Part shown: positions 38,097 through 51,098 of the stretch, piece after piece | Numbering within the stretch: the first letter of the stretch is position 1 | Layout: each line of letters begins with the position of its first letter | Assembly: GCA_001938485.1 (NCBI GenBank) | Contig: MQRK01168236.1 | Span: 1-64,000 of the forward strand | Length of the DNA: 64,000 nucleotides | DNA from: Girardia tigrina | Lineage: Eukaryota | Direction: 5' to 3' | Notes under the pieces: model-generated | Seen by the model: the letters and a program-made list of their open reading frames with translations, nothing else | Database searches by the model: none | What the model was told of the DNA's origin: nothing | Program-made: the position numbers and the translations under genes

Positions 38097-38612
38097 CTAT
38101 GCAATATTACTTGAAAGTTGTATTTTCATTGCGTTAAAATGAATTTGAGTCAACGTGATTGGAAATACTTTAAAATTACTTTTGTTTCCCAACAAAAAAT
38201 CTCCGGCGGGGTCAAGTATTAACGTTCGGGCCCATAGGAACGCGCCCTGAAGTTCAAGCTCTTCCTCATTAATACGATTTTGATTATTCAATTCCAAAGT
38301 CTTGATAATTCGTTGGGCATTTTGATTATTTTTTATAAAAGCTAAATTATTCGCGTTACCAATTTCTAAGTTGAATTGCTTGAATAAAGGATGATCTTCG
38401 TCTATTGATCATCTTGAATTACCCGTCGAATGTCCTTCTGCTTCCGCTGCTGCCATTAGGACATCCAATCTTAATTCTTCTAAGAAACTTGTTCTTTCTA
38501 AAGTTTGTTTATTTTCCCGTTGAACACGATAATTTCTTAGAAATTATTTATACATTTTCAATCGCATATATTCTTCTGCCAATTTCACACATTCGGCGTT
38601 AAGATGAGCCAT
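38097..38612 (-). pseudogene. Unidentified coding remnant (about 170 codons, two in-frame stops)
   Basis: One frame from MAHLNAECVKLAEEYMRL... to ...LQGAFLWARTLILDPAGDFLLG..., in GC-richer sequence. No family recognised. Confidence 0.35.
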
Positions 38613-38984
38613 ATTATATCTTGCTTTTTTGACTCTGTCGATCATTAAATTCCTTTTAGCAGTTTTCTTTTCGGTATCAAAATGTTATATTATAATTAAT
38701 ATTATAATTAAAAAATCAATATTTCTATCTATTTTATTAGCTATCAAAATTTAATTATAAGTAATTTAATAAAACAAACAATCATAAACCTTTTTTATAA
38801 GGTTTTTTCCCTCTTTTTTTAACAATTAACATTTCAAGTTAACTAAAATAATTTTAAAGTATTTTCTTTCATTTTTAATTTTTAACATTAATTAATTTTT
38901 TATGTAAATATACATATATAATTTATTGGAATCGGAATTAAAAATTCCAATTCCAAATTTTATTTTTGATTTTCATCTTGAACA

Positions 38985-39309
38985 GTGATATTCGAATGAT
39001 GATATATTACTGCTGGAAACGCAATTTAAATCCGTCGCTATATGTAAAGAGATGAATGCATCACTTGGAAGGGGTGCTGTTAGTGAGAGCACTTGCCGTC
39101 GATTCAAGTGGTGTTCGACCGTTTGATTGAGGAGAAACCTCGTAGTTTCTTTACTAAAGAAATTGAAAACTCCCAGAACAGTGGGAGAAGTGCGTTGCTT
39201 ACAATGGACAATACTTTGAACACATTAGAGATGATGATGAAAATAACAATAAATGCTTATCTTTCACTTCTCTATAAATCAGTCAAGACTTTCTGGACAG
39301 ATCTGTATA
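38985..39309 (+). mobile_element. mariner internal-deletion derivative
   Basis: N-terminal DIRMMIYYCWKR...SLGRGAVSESTCRR joined to C-terminal FFTKEI..LPEQWEKCVAYNGQYFE. TIR-like end CAAGACTTTCTGGACAGATCTG|TA. Confidence 0.75.
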
Positions 39310-42300
39310 AGATCTTTGGGACCTAAAATTAACGTTCAAACTGCATTCTCTACAACAGGGGTTCCCAATCTTTTTTTTACTCGTGCCCCCCCAAAATATA
39401 CTTGCACTCGTATATAACTAAAACTTTGGAAAAGAAAATATCTTATTTTCAAAAGAAATTGTGATTGTTTATTTTTGAATTAATTTAATTATTTTGAATT
39501 TTTTTCAGCTAACAAAGTTGAGTTAAAAATATTTTGTGACAGAATTCTTGTTTTTTTGAATATAAAAAGAATTTAAAAATTTTGAAATTTGTTCTGGTTA
39601 ACAGTTGAATTGAAATTGAGATGGAGGAAATTTAGGAATTTGACAACGCAGGCGTCGATATGACTGTGATTTGCGAGAGCGCATTCCATGTCAACTTCAA
39701 AGAAGTTCTGGAGAATTCAATGCAGACGGTGTGTTGAGAGACGGAGGACGTGCTTTCTGTTATGGATGATTGTCAAGGATATCTGTCAAGGTTGAACGAA
39801 AAACATTGATTAAAATTGTGCCCGGAATTTCAAAACTCGTTTTATGAAATCGTTTCTTTGAAAGATACAAAAGAGGCTCTTGGTTATGATCTAATAACAA
39901 TGAAGTTTAATACAGAACAGAAAACGAAAGTGTCAAATTCGGTGATTGCAGGCCTGATCAATAATTTCCGGAACAATTTACAATTATCAAAGAAAAATAT
40001 TATCTGACCGCCGTGTGGGATGAGTGAGTGCTGGTTCCCTCCTCAACTGGACGCGGAGTTTGGATTGTGGATATTATCATTAATTTCTCTGGGACGGGGA
40101 AAAGAACCATTGATAATTAATGAGCTAGGTCAATAATTATTATACTAAAATGGTCCGATACGAATTCAAAAGCATTTAGTGTCCTATATGGTGCAACAAT
40201 CCTGCTAAAACATAGACTTGTCAACCTCTGCAACTTCTTAACGATTTGGAAATGAGATTTCTCGAGGCCACAGTGTCACCAATTTTGTTTATTCAAATAA
40301 CCCTCACTATGTCAGTTCACCTCATCCGTAAAACGTGTATTCTGGTTTGTCAAAAAACCATTATCAATGAAGCTCGGAAGTTCAAATGCAAACTCTAAAC
40401 GTCGAATTCAATATTGCTCCTTCAGAGGCTGATAGATTCAAATTTTAAACGTTTTTATCATTAAATTTTTTTAAATATATCACTTAACTATATAAAATTT
40501 GACACCAATTTGTTTCTTGACTTATGCAGTAATAACTGATAATTAACATGGACTTTTAGTTCAGTATGAAAGCATAAATAACAATTTTTATCAATATGTT
40601 GCAAATATTCAAAGCAAGGGTAAATTTTTCGGTGACAATAAGTTTAGCTTTCTTGCTTTGGGCATCAAATCTTGGATACTACATGATTCCAAAAATCCTA
40701 TTCTAATTCTTGTTCTACAGATTACCTGAAGAAATAGTTGAATAGCACATTGAATCAAATATATTGAACCATATTTGCATATACAGAATGCAAAAAAGGA
40801 TCAGAGTTATATTCCGGCTGCTGTCATTTTCTTGCAATGTTGTACCTATAAAACTGTTTAAAACGGTATATATTTCACTATCGGTGGTCTCAGCATAAAA
40901 AATCAGGTAAGCGCAGCGTTTTATCTAAGTTTAAGATGGCCAAGGCATTAATCTAATTAAAAAAGACTGGAAATTGCAATTTAGTGTGCAGCTCTTAGTA
41001 GAAGTGATACTACGAGCAATAAAGCTATTCAAAGTCCAAACAGAGTACGTATCAGTTCTCCTCTGACTTTTGTCCTCTGATTGTTTCTCCTCCGACGTTT
41101 CTCATCCGATTTTTCTACTCCGATCGTATGTTCAAGGATAAATTCTTTATATAAAATGAAAAAATATGAACTTAGAATTTCAAAATTTTGATACAGTGAC
41201 AAAAAATTTATATTCAATGGCAAAATTTGAACAATTTTAATTTTTATTTGATAAAATAATATAACTAAAGCTCTTTCAATCATTTTCATATGAGGTATTA
41301 AATTACATCAGTGTTTTTGTTCGGAGGAGAAACAATACCATTTGAAGACTTGCTGACAGTGTTGTTGCCTAAACCAGTAACTTTATTTCTATAAGTAGTT
41401 TTTCGTCCATACTCTTGAGATGACAATTTCCAGGATCCTAAAGTCGTATTTTCATTAATTTTCTTTTATCAACTTATCCCAGTCAATCGAATTAACAATT
41501 CGATTTGGCACTTAAAAGAAATTTAAAAAAAATTAATTAACAAAAAAATATTAATGTAAATTAAACAAATATTTGAGATTTGTTTAAATAATATGTAAAT
41601 GTTGTGAATTCAAAAAATAAAAGTTAAATGTCGGAAATCAGATCGTCTTGTGATTTATCTGCTGTAAAAAATTGTATATTATCGAACACTTCATGTCAAA
41701 AGCGATTTATCGTTTGAAGTCACTTACATAAATTGTTCCCGTTCAGATCGGAGAAACAATAATGTATTTGTAGAATAATTAGAAAGTTGATTATTTTTTG
41801 ATGAATTTTTATCTCATAAAATAAAAATTCTCAAAAATGTACACAGACAAATGATTGTATCACGGAAAGAAACAAACTCATATTTACAATGACATGGGAA
41901 ATTGGTTTATTTATTAATGTAATAGATTTAAGAAACTCTAACTAAATATAAATCAATCCTACGGGGCATGAAAATAATGTTGATACTTATTATAAAAATA
42001 TTTTAAATGAATCTTTCCCTCGGGTTTGGAAAAGATATAATTTAAAATTATATTTTCAATATTAATTAATTTAATAAAAGATAATATTTTTTATGTAAAA
42101 ATAATAAAATTTGGTTAATTGAAAAATATTTATACAAAATTGAATCAGTACTTTTTAGTTTCAGTTTGGTAAAATTGATTCGAAAATTAATTTTCATTAA
42201 TGTATTCATCCATGAGCCTATCGTTTCCCTCTTAACACTGAGTTTGAAGATACACTAATTTCCTTTCGGCGTATTTTTCAATTTTTCACATCAATTTTTG

Positions 42301-43764
42301 ATACCATCATCCTAGCGATATAAATCCTTTAGAAACCAGTAGAATGAAATCAAGAAAACAGACCACGATAAAAAACAGTTAAGGAAAGTGAGATGACTAA
42401 ATCCAATCCTTAATCCTCTAACGACTGATTTTTTTTTTAGTTTTAGTTTTTATACTAATAAAAATCTATTATTTTCATTTCTCGAAAAATCAACAATTAT
42501 GATAATTCAAGTTTACCATTAACGAAATCAAAACACAAAAAATATTTTTATAATATATTTACCTTCACTAACTAATTTTATTTTGAGATATATAGTATCA
42601 GTAATACTATCGGAAAAGTATCACGAACTATCATTAAAAATTTGTAATAATTATACTATTAGGATGAAAATAGTATCACTAAAATGTTATTGAAAAATTG
42701 AGTGGTGATAATATTAGGTATGATTATACTATTAGTTATCCGTTATATAAACATTATGAATTCATTGTATTCGTAGTCTAAATAATATCTTTAGTGACTT
42801 GAATTATTATCACGATTAGATTTTTACTAAACCACTTAAAGTTTGCTGAATTTTATAAAAATTAGTCATACTAAAAGTTCCAATCATAAAAGTACTTTAA
42901 CAAAAGACATAAATGATGTAATGGTTGTTTGAGTATATAACAGTAACCTTCGTCATAGGTATAGCATAAGCATAAGTACAGTATTTTACCGATAACACTA
43001 CTGAAACATGTTAGAAAATGTTTCAAGAGAATTAAACTAAAATTATAAATTTATTCACTTTCATTCAAAATTTTCTTTTGTTCTTAACGTCTGAATCATT
43101 TAGCATATTTTGATAAAATTATTTACTTATAGCTATAAGTAACACTATTTTTCAGTTATAGTGGATTTTTTTTATTAAAAAATACTTTTCTTGATGGTTT
43201 CAACTTTTGTTTTTTAAATGTGTTAACAGATTAGTAATACAATATATATTGTTTTTTTAATATAACCTTTATTACGAAATAAATGTTTATTCATTCCGAA
43301 ATATAATTTTTTAAAAAAACCTTAGATTTCGTAATAAATATTATTTAGTATTCGGAATTTAGTTATTCAGAAATTGATAAATAAATTTGATTTTCTTAAA
43401 AAAAATTTATGTTTAAAAATTTCTAATAATCCCGCATATCCTTCTTTTTCGAACTTTTTTTAAAAAAAGAATAATCTCATAGGGGCATTATAGGAAGTTG
43501 TAGAGTATATACTAAGAGCGGAAAATAATTCAATTAAATAATTTCTTTGAATTTATTTGTCTTTAGGAATTGTTGATCATTTTTATTAACAAATAGTTAA
43601 TATAAATATGTATAACAAACAGCCAACATATTATGAAAATATGTCTTGTAAAACGTTCCTATGCACATGGGTAAACTCTTCGATAACTACTTTGAGATGT
43701 TAACACCTCATTTTAACATTTATTGACAACAAAAAATATTATTTGGAATATTTCCAAATCGATA

Positions 43765-43865
43765 TGTGTTTAGAAATGTTTTTCTTCCTACCATGATGGA
43801 AAATTGGTATTTTGAATGTTCATGATGAATAGTTATTCGAGCATAGTTTGTATTTTATATTACAA
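43765..43865 (+). mobile_element. Internal fragment of LTR family A
   Basis: GGAAAATTGGTATTTTGAATGTTCATGATGAATAGTTATTCGAGCATA matches about 14080-14130. Confidence 0.7.
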
Positions 43866-43899
43866 TTCTTACCATTCTTTCTTTTAATCTCTGAAAAGC

Positions 43900-44263
43900 T
43901 TCGTCACATGCTTTTGTTCATATTATTTTCTTATCCTTGTTTTTGCCACACATGCCATCTAAAACTTTTCAATATCTTGCATAATCTGTTATGAATTTCC
44001 TGTAATAATTTGTCAAACCCAAGAAACTCCTTAGATGTTTAATACATGATGAATTTTGAAACTTGTTAATCGCATCAATCTTTGTTTTATCAGTTTCTAT
44101 ACCATCTTTACTTATTACGTAGACCAAAACTTGGTCTTTTCTACTAGATATTGGTATTTCTCTGGATTTATCCTTAAACCTGATTCTTTGATTTCTTGAA
44201 ACAATTTTTTTATTCTTTGTAGATGTCTTTCTTATCTTTAGAAAATATCAAGATATCGCCTAG
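43900..44263 (-). mobile_element. Gypsy RT/connection fragment
   Basis: LGDILIFSK...VISKDGIETDKTKIDAINKF...HLRSFLG. Confidence 0.8.
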
Positions 44264-44271
44264 TCTAGGGT

Positions 44272-44487
44272 GATCAGAACCGTTGCTAGGGGATTATTAA
44301 CCAAACAGAAACGTTTTTGGGTAATCGCTACCGTTGGTATGGTAACGACAACCAATCAGAAGCGTTTCCAAGAAAACCGGAACCGTTGCCGTGGAAACCG
44401 CGATCGTTGTTATGGTAACCGCGACTGTCGCGATGGTAAGGGGTAAACCCCCCGGGGGTGGTGCCGAATGCCAATTTTTCCCCTACT
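44272..44487. repeat. GC-rich island with tandem RFX X-box-like palindromes (21-bp period)
   Basis: GTTGCTAGGGGATT, GTTGGTATGGTAAC, GTTTCCAAGAAAAC, GTTGCCGTGGAAAC, GTTGTTATGGTAAC, GTCGCGATGGTAAG. Confidence 0.7.
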
Positions 44488-44489
44488 TG

Positions 44490-44770
44490 TGGGAAGTAAA
44501 AGCAATATTAAGAGAAAATGGAAAATGTTTGACTGGTGAAAAATTTAAAGACTTTTACAAAAGATACGGAATAGAACAAAGATTTAGTAGCCCATTTCAA
44601 CATCAATCAAACGAGCTAGCAGAAATAACTATTCAAACAATGATAGATATGATAGTTGGAAAGGAAACCGTGCCTCCACATTAAATTTAGAACCAGAGAA
44701 CAGAGTTTCTAAGTGAGCAATATTCAGCCAATGTACTTTAAAAGCTCTATTTGAATTAATCGGATAAATC
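44490..44770 (+). mobile_element. Gypsy integrase core fragment
   Basis: ILRENGKCLTGEKFKDFYKRYGIEQRFSSPFQHQSNELAEITIQT. Confidence 0.8.
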
Positions 44771-46698
44771 GAAACAATTTCTTTTACTGGATTATTATTT
44801 ATCAAAGAATTGTAAGGAGATTTAATCATTTTTATTAGTTTTTGTTAAGTTGACGAATTAATACAGAATATAAACAATCTCTTTATTATGACGAAACATA
44901 ACATGCAACACTTTTTTTGAACAATTGAACACTTTTTACATGTTTTATTTCCATTAATTTTACAAATTTCCATCGCACAACAATTGAACTCGAAATTTTC
45001 CATAATATTCACCCAGACTAAGTCGTAACTGCTCTGCCCTAAAATGATTTTCGTCTCACAATCATACTTCAGATATAGAAATTCTGGCTTCAGAGTTATC
45101 AAGTTTGTTCACAGCTTCAAACAATAATGGATCTAGAATCCAATCCGAAATTTGTAACTTTATCAAAATTGTAACTTTAAAAATAAAGCTTTTATTCATC
45201 AAATTTTGTTTAAATAAATTAATTTATCACTTTTTTATTGAATTAGAGGAGACATATAAAGGCTTAGATTTTATGGAGATTCCTAACATGGTGCAGTTTT
45301 GTAAAAAAAACAATTTTCTAATATAAATAATTTTTTCAATTATAAAAAGTTTTTCTTGTGTAAATTATTTTGAATGAGGCAGTGCATGTTGTATTTCGGA
45401 TCTAGTTGTCGATTAATATTTGTGAGTGTTTTATGATTTAGACTGTCTGAACTGAATTAAATTGAAAATATATTATTATTTAAAAATCAAATTAAAATCT
45501 AAATGAAAACAAATGAAAAAATCGATCGTGATTGTTTCTTTTTTTATTATTTCCGATTTTAGTTTTGTTTTTTGTTGGATTTTTTTGTTGTTGGTTTTTT
45601 TAATCTGGATTAAGATTTGTTGGCATTGATTTGAAATTTTTTGAAAGTTTTGAGATTTAATTTATGATTGTTGAAGAGTTACAATGAAAAACGACTCTTT
45701 AAAATTCCGAAAAATAATCAGAAAAAAAGAAAATAATTAAGAAAATAAATATTTAGGATTTTGGTGAGCTCGTATTTTTTTTAATTTTAGAAAAATGTAT
45801 CGCATAAAACATTTAAAAGATATTTTATTAAAAATATTTAATTCTAAATATTTAAAAATACTTCATTGAACTAGATTTTAAAAATTGTTATTGAAAAACA
45901 TTTTGAAATAAAAGTACTAAAATAAATTTTAAATTCATCTACAAAAGTTTAACCTATAAAATTTTAGGATTAACACAAATAAAGTTAAAAACTATATTGT
46001 GCTTAATTTTATGTGAATATAAAAATTTTAAGGATTAATATAACTTAAAAATTGATTGTAATTTATAATTATTTAATGAAGCAGCAAAATTGAATATTAA
46101 AATTTAGTATTTAAAATTAAAATTAAAGAACTAAAATTGAAAATATATAATTTAATGTTTAATAATGAGTGGAGTGGCGTTTCGCATCCAATCATTATTT
46201 TTAGTCCATATAGTCCGTCATACACAAAATATTAACGATTATCAGTTTCACCAAATCCAACATCGTATTCAACAATGTGAAATGGAAATTGTTGGGAAAT
46301 TTCTTGTAAAATCTTTTGTTAATGTCCAACAGATTTGCGATAACTCTGAACAAATTGAAACGACTCGACGAATCGCGTTCTTTGTCGACAATAGGCGCAC
46401 AACACTCGCGATATGGCTGTCGAATTTTCCGTCGATCAAACGATTTTCGTACGCGAAATTAATTGAAAGTTTGATCAATTTGTACAATTCTTTCCATTTT
46501 TTGTCTTCTACATTTTCATTCATTGATTTTTGATTTGATAAGAAAAATTCAAAACACAGCGTTTGAAAATTGATATTTTTTATTTAAAACCTTGACAACA
46601 ATTCTGCAGAGATTCCGCTTTTTACATTTTAGCATATTAAAACAATTAACATTCCAAATCAACAAACATGAAAAAATATGAATATGAAATATGAAAAG

Positions 46699-46736
<38 letters not shown>

Positions 46737-46741
<5 letters not shown>

Positions 46742-47710
46742 CAATCCGATCTTTTCGAAAATTACCAAAGAAAAGGGGAATAGTCTAACTCAACTATTCA
46801 TCATTATGTTAAGATAGGCCCCATCTAACACAATTAACCCCACAGACCGCAAGGATCCATAGGCATTATGTCAGACGGAGCCAGAGTTCACCTCATTTTT
46901 CTACCGACCCAGAGAGCTTTACCGAACCATTTTATTTAAACATTTAATTAAAAAATCCTTAATTAATTAAATAAATTATCGGGATGATTCAACGTGAATC
47001 ATGTAACCGCCTGATTTTCCGGATGCATCCGCAGACGAGAAGTAAACATGCCCTCTGACGACCTGAATCAGTGATAGTTAAAACCGAAGCGAATAACCGT
47101 ACGAACCACTTACCAGAATGACATGTGTAATTACCCTCAGCGATAATAATCGTAGAATAATGGCATCCTGTAAACACACGTCCTGTATCCGCGAGCCAGG
47201 ATAAACAGTCGCAACAATCACCAACAGATAGACGCATCAAAATAACTAATGGAATGGCAGCGACATCCTGGAGGCAATGTACGAATACGGGTAGCAACCT
47301 AAAGATAAACAGATGTCAAAGGAAACCAGTAATGATTATCATGCAATAACGACCCCCTCTCTTCCATCCTGTCGTTGAATAGCAAACAAACATCTCTTAA
47401 ATATACTGCCGACATTTCGCTGCGAACCTCCAGGAACGAGGGATTTTCAGATAAACAGGATACACATAATTGCAAACCAGCAGCTGCACCAATCCAAAAC
47501 ATACATGAAAATCTGGCAAAAACAGCTAAATTAAGTCCTCACACAGAGGATGCCAGAACGCGTCGGACAATATATGCGCCCAATCGGGTATAAATACCCG
47601 ATGCAACTCTGCACAAGTGACACAAATTTTGACAAAAAAACTTAAACACGTAATTTCACCGGCACACGATTTTTCATAAAATTTTTTGCACAATTTATTT
47701 GTTCGCAATA
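46737..47710 (+). mobile_element. Probable solo LTR of a different family, adjacent to (TA)n
   Basis: TGTTGCAA...TTCGCAATA inverted termini, GC-richer non-coding interior and a TATAAATA box at about 47590. No TSD seen. Confidence 0.4.
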
Positions 47711-47828
47711 AAAAGAAGAGAAGGTGTAAATTTATAACTAAATATTTCAACGAGTATATTTTGTTTTATGTTATGATAATCATTTTTGTTAATTAATATA
47801 TTTTATGGTTGATAACTCTTATTTTATA

Positions 47829-47909
47829 CTCCCTCTGTCCCATATTACTGTATAGTAATTAATTATTACTGTATAGTAATAACTATATAGTAATATGGGA
47901 CAGAGGGAG
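47829..47909. mobile_element. 81-bp Stowaway-like MITE
   Basis: TA|CTCCCTCTGTCCCATATTACT...AGTAATATGGGACAGAGGGAG|TA: perfect 21-bp TIRs and TA TSD. Confidence 0.9.
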
Positions 47910-48299
47910 TATTATTTTCATAGATTAAAATTATTCGCTTTAAGTTTTCTTTTATTATTATTGTCGTTACTAATCACTGATATGTCAATGATAAAAAGGG
48001 GCACCCTCTTAGTTGGCGAAGAGACCAGAGAAAATGACAATGAGACTGGTTTTGGTGTAGTACAAGATATGAGTGAGGTTGAAGGGGTGGATAGTCGATT
48101 GAATCGAAGGGAGTGGTGTGTAAATATCTATGTATAGGGATTAGTGTAGAATGGCGAATTGATTAATGATATTGAAAGCACAAAACGGTTGTATAGATTA
48201 TGTATAGTGAATACGGTTAGTAAAAGCGTGTATATAAATTGATGGTTGGTAATATAAATGGTTGATAATAAAAACGAAGGGAAGCTAGAGAGAGACAGC

Positions 48300-49900
48300 T
48301 TTAGAGATAGAGTCATTGTTGGAAGGAGAATGCGAGTATTGTAGGGGATAAGTGGAGATGTAGTAACAGTATGTCTTCAGAAATTGGCATTGTTAACCCC
48401 TTATCGACAAAGGAATGGTTATAGCTTTCTTAATCTATTGAGGGTAAATTGTAAGTATCGTTTATAAATATTATAAATAAAGTGTGTATTATTTGATTAT
48501 CGGTAACTGTTAAACCTAAATAACCTAAATAAATATTTAATGATATTTGATGGTGACTACTGTTTGATTATGAACGACAATAATTTTAGATAACATCTAA
48601 TCGTAATAATATGGTGAATGATATTTGAATATAAATAATATTGGCTTTAATGGTAGAATTAAAATTGTAAATAAGCTTTAAAATGATATTGGATTGTAGT
48701 AATGTTGAATTATAGTTGTTAGAATCTGTGGGAACACCACTCGGAGAACAAATATCCATCACTAAATTATATTTAATAATCACAATTAATTATCGGATAT
48801 TGAAAAATTGATGGATTGCGTTGATTTTCTGATAATTNNNNNNNNNNNNNNNNNNNNNNNNNNNNNNNNNNNNNNNNNNNNNNNNNNNCAATTATTAAAA
48901 CAATTTGTTTTTTTTATTTAATTTACATTAAACTTATTTTTAATAAATTTATTTAATTATTTCTTAAAAAAATTGAGGAACTAAATTACTAAAGTTTTAT
49001 TTTTTTGTTAAACCGGTATTTTAAAAAATTATATTTAATTAACTAATTTAACTTAATTTCGATTGTCTATTTCAAAAATTTTCCGTTTACTATTAATTCC
49101 TAACAATAGTAATGTCTGGGTATCATAATACTTGATTATACCAATGTCTGGTTACGATAATAGTAGATTAGTCGAGGTGATTTCTTGAGAGATTATCTGA
49201 TTATAATAACGTTGGATAATAACAATACTTGAATGTGATAATAACGGATCACTTGAGGTGAGAGTGTATCGAAAAGGTGAGGAGTTCCAGAGTAGATGAC
49301 TGATGAGATGATTAATATAAAATGGATGGGCTCAAGTTGTCGGATTGGCGTTTAAATTATAGTGCTAAATTTCATCGAGGATCTTCCTAATGTTGTAAAT
49401 CGAATGTGAACTCAAAGCGTTTCAGTTAAACCATACAAAGAATATTCTAGGTTATAGTAACCAATAATGAACCTCGCGAATGCAGTGGGAGTAAGATAAT
49501 GCTAAAGGAATTCGGGTCTTTCAATAAAATTTGAAGTTTGCAGGTTGTGTGAAAAGAGTAGTTGTTACGAATGAAAGGTTCAAGTACAGGTAAAAGCAGC
49601 AGTATAACCGAAGTAATAACAAGTCGAAATAAATTTTGTAACAAATAAAATACCTATAGTTAAAGTTCACGTTTAAAACCAAACCTGTCCAGGATTAAAA
49701 TTAATATATCGTTGGTAATAACGCGAAGGAAATGAAAGTCAAAAATGTTATTATATGATCGAAAAGTATTGGCAACGGCGAAGAACCTTTTGGATGTGAG
49801 GCAGGTCGGCTGCAGAATGCAAGGGGCGCGTGGATTGACCGACGTTTACTTCCTCGAGGCACTCTTCGTTCGACATAATTAATAAATCAATACTTAAATT
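48300..49900 (-). mobile_element. Highly decayed Penelope-like RT remnant
   Basis: VFYLLQNLFRLVITS...PVLEPF resembles the FY.LPK+H...RP+IS...L.P motif. Other motifs are only faint. Confidence 0.3.
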
Positions 49901-50145
49901 AATAGAGAACAATATCAATCCCTTCTGACGCTGCGACCACCAGTCGGGCAACACCCGTTACTGGTTAGAACCCGAAGGCCCTCCATAGCGCATACAACTT
50001 GTTCATATGCGTGGAGGAGACGCGTCCGTTCCCTATATGTGACAAAATATCGACGAGGATATGGAGAGGTATGAAGTATATACGAGTTCCCCTTGAACTC
50101 AAAAAACGGATGGGGGCTCTGAGTCAACAAAACTTTTGTCGAGAG

Positions 50146-50184
<39 letters not shown>

Positions 50185-50585
50185 CGTGATAATATATATA
50201 TATATTAAAAATTATCACAATTATAATAATTCTCTCCTTTTTTACTTATAATTAAAATATAAATTAATAATTAGATAAATAATTAAATATAGTCTATTTT
50301 AAGTTAATTATTACAAACTAATTATTTATTTTAAAATTAACAAACCTTATTATGACATATATTCGGTCAATCACTCAAAATATATCCACCAATGAGTAAC
50401 GGTTAAAATAAATTTTACATTAATAAAAATTATAATAAATGCGAAATTGACAATTAATTAATGTTGTTTAAATAAACGAATTTTAGTAGAAATATAAAAA
50501 TATGTGTAATTTCACGAAAAATAAATTTTTAGTGTCAATTATCTTATTTTCTAATTATTTTCCTTAAATTTAAAATAAAAGACGA

Positions 50586-51098
50586 TGTGAGGAATATTTT
50601 AAATTTGATATATTGAAATTGGTTTGTTGAATTTTGTATGTTGAGTTTAGTATTTGGAAATGCATTTCTCCCACCCAGGTGGGAAATTGATATTTTAGAT
50701 GTTCACGATAAATAATTATTCGAGTATAATTTGCATTTTAAAGTACAACATAAGATATTTAAAAACTTTAAAAATATTAAATCGTTTCAAATTTTCATAT
50801 TAAAATTTAAATAAAGTAAATAGTTTTAACTAAGTTTTGAATTAAATAAATGTTCTTTCTTTCCATAAAATTAATATGTAATTAAAATTATTACTAAAAT
50901 TACAAATTTTAACTTTAAAAATAAAATCTGAAAATAATGAAAAATTTGTTCAAATAGTTGTTTATTAAAAAACATTAACTAAAAGTTATCAATTTAGAAC
51001 GATGTCGAATTACGCAAGTTTTACTGAGAGTTGTCTAAAAGACAATTCTAATTGTATTGAAAATAAAAGTTTGAAAACCCATGTTGGTGTTCTTAATA
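50586..51098 (+). mobile_element. 5' LTR (family A) of a Gypsy provirus, followed directly by a PBS
   Basis: TGTGAGGAATATTTT...GGTGTTCTTAATA, then TGGCGACACACGACC at 51099. Confidence 0.92.

Noticed and set aside
39600-40130. Possible non-LTR RT remnant (EALGYDLIT) next to a lone hAT TIR (CAGGGGTTCCCAA, 39357)
   Set aside because: Single weak motif, and no partner TIR found.
42594-43008. Weak inverted termini suggesting an old MITE
   Set aside because: Too degenerate, no TSD.
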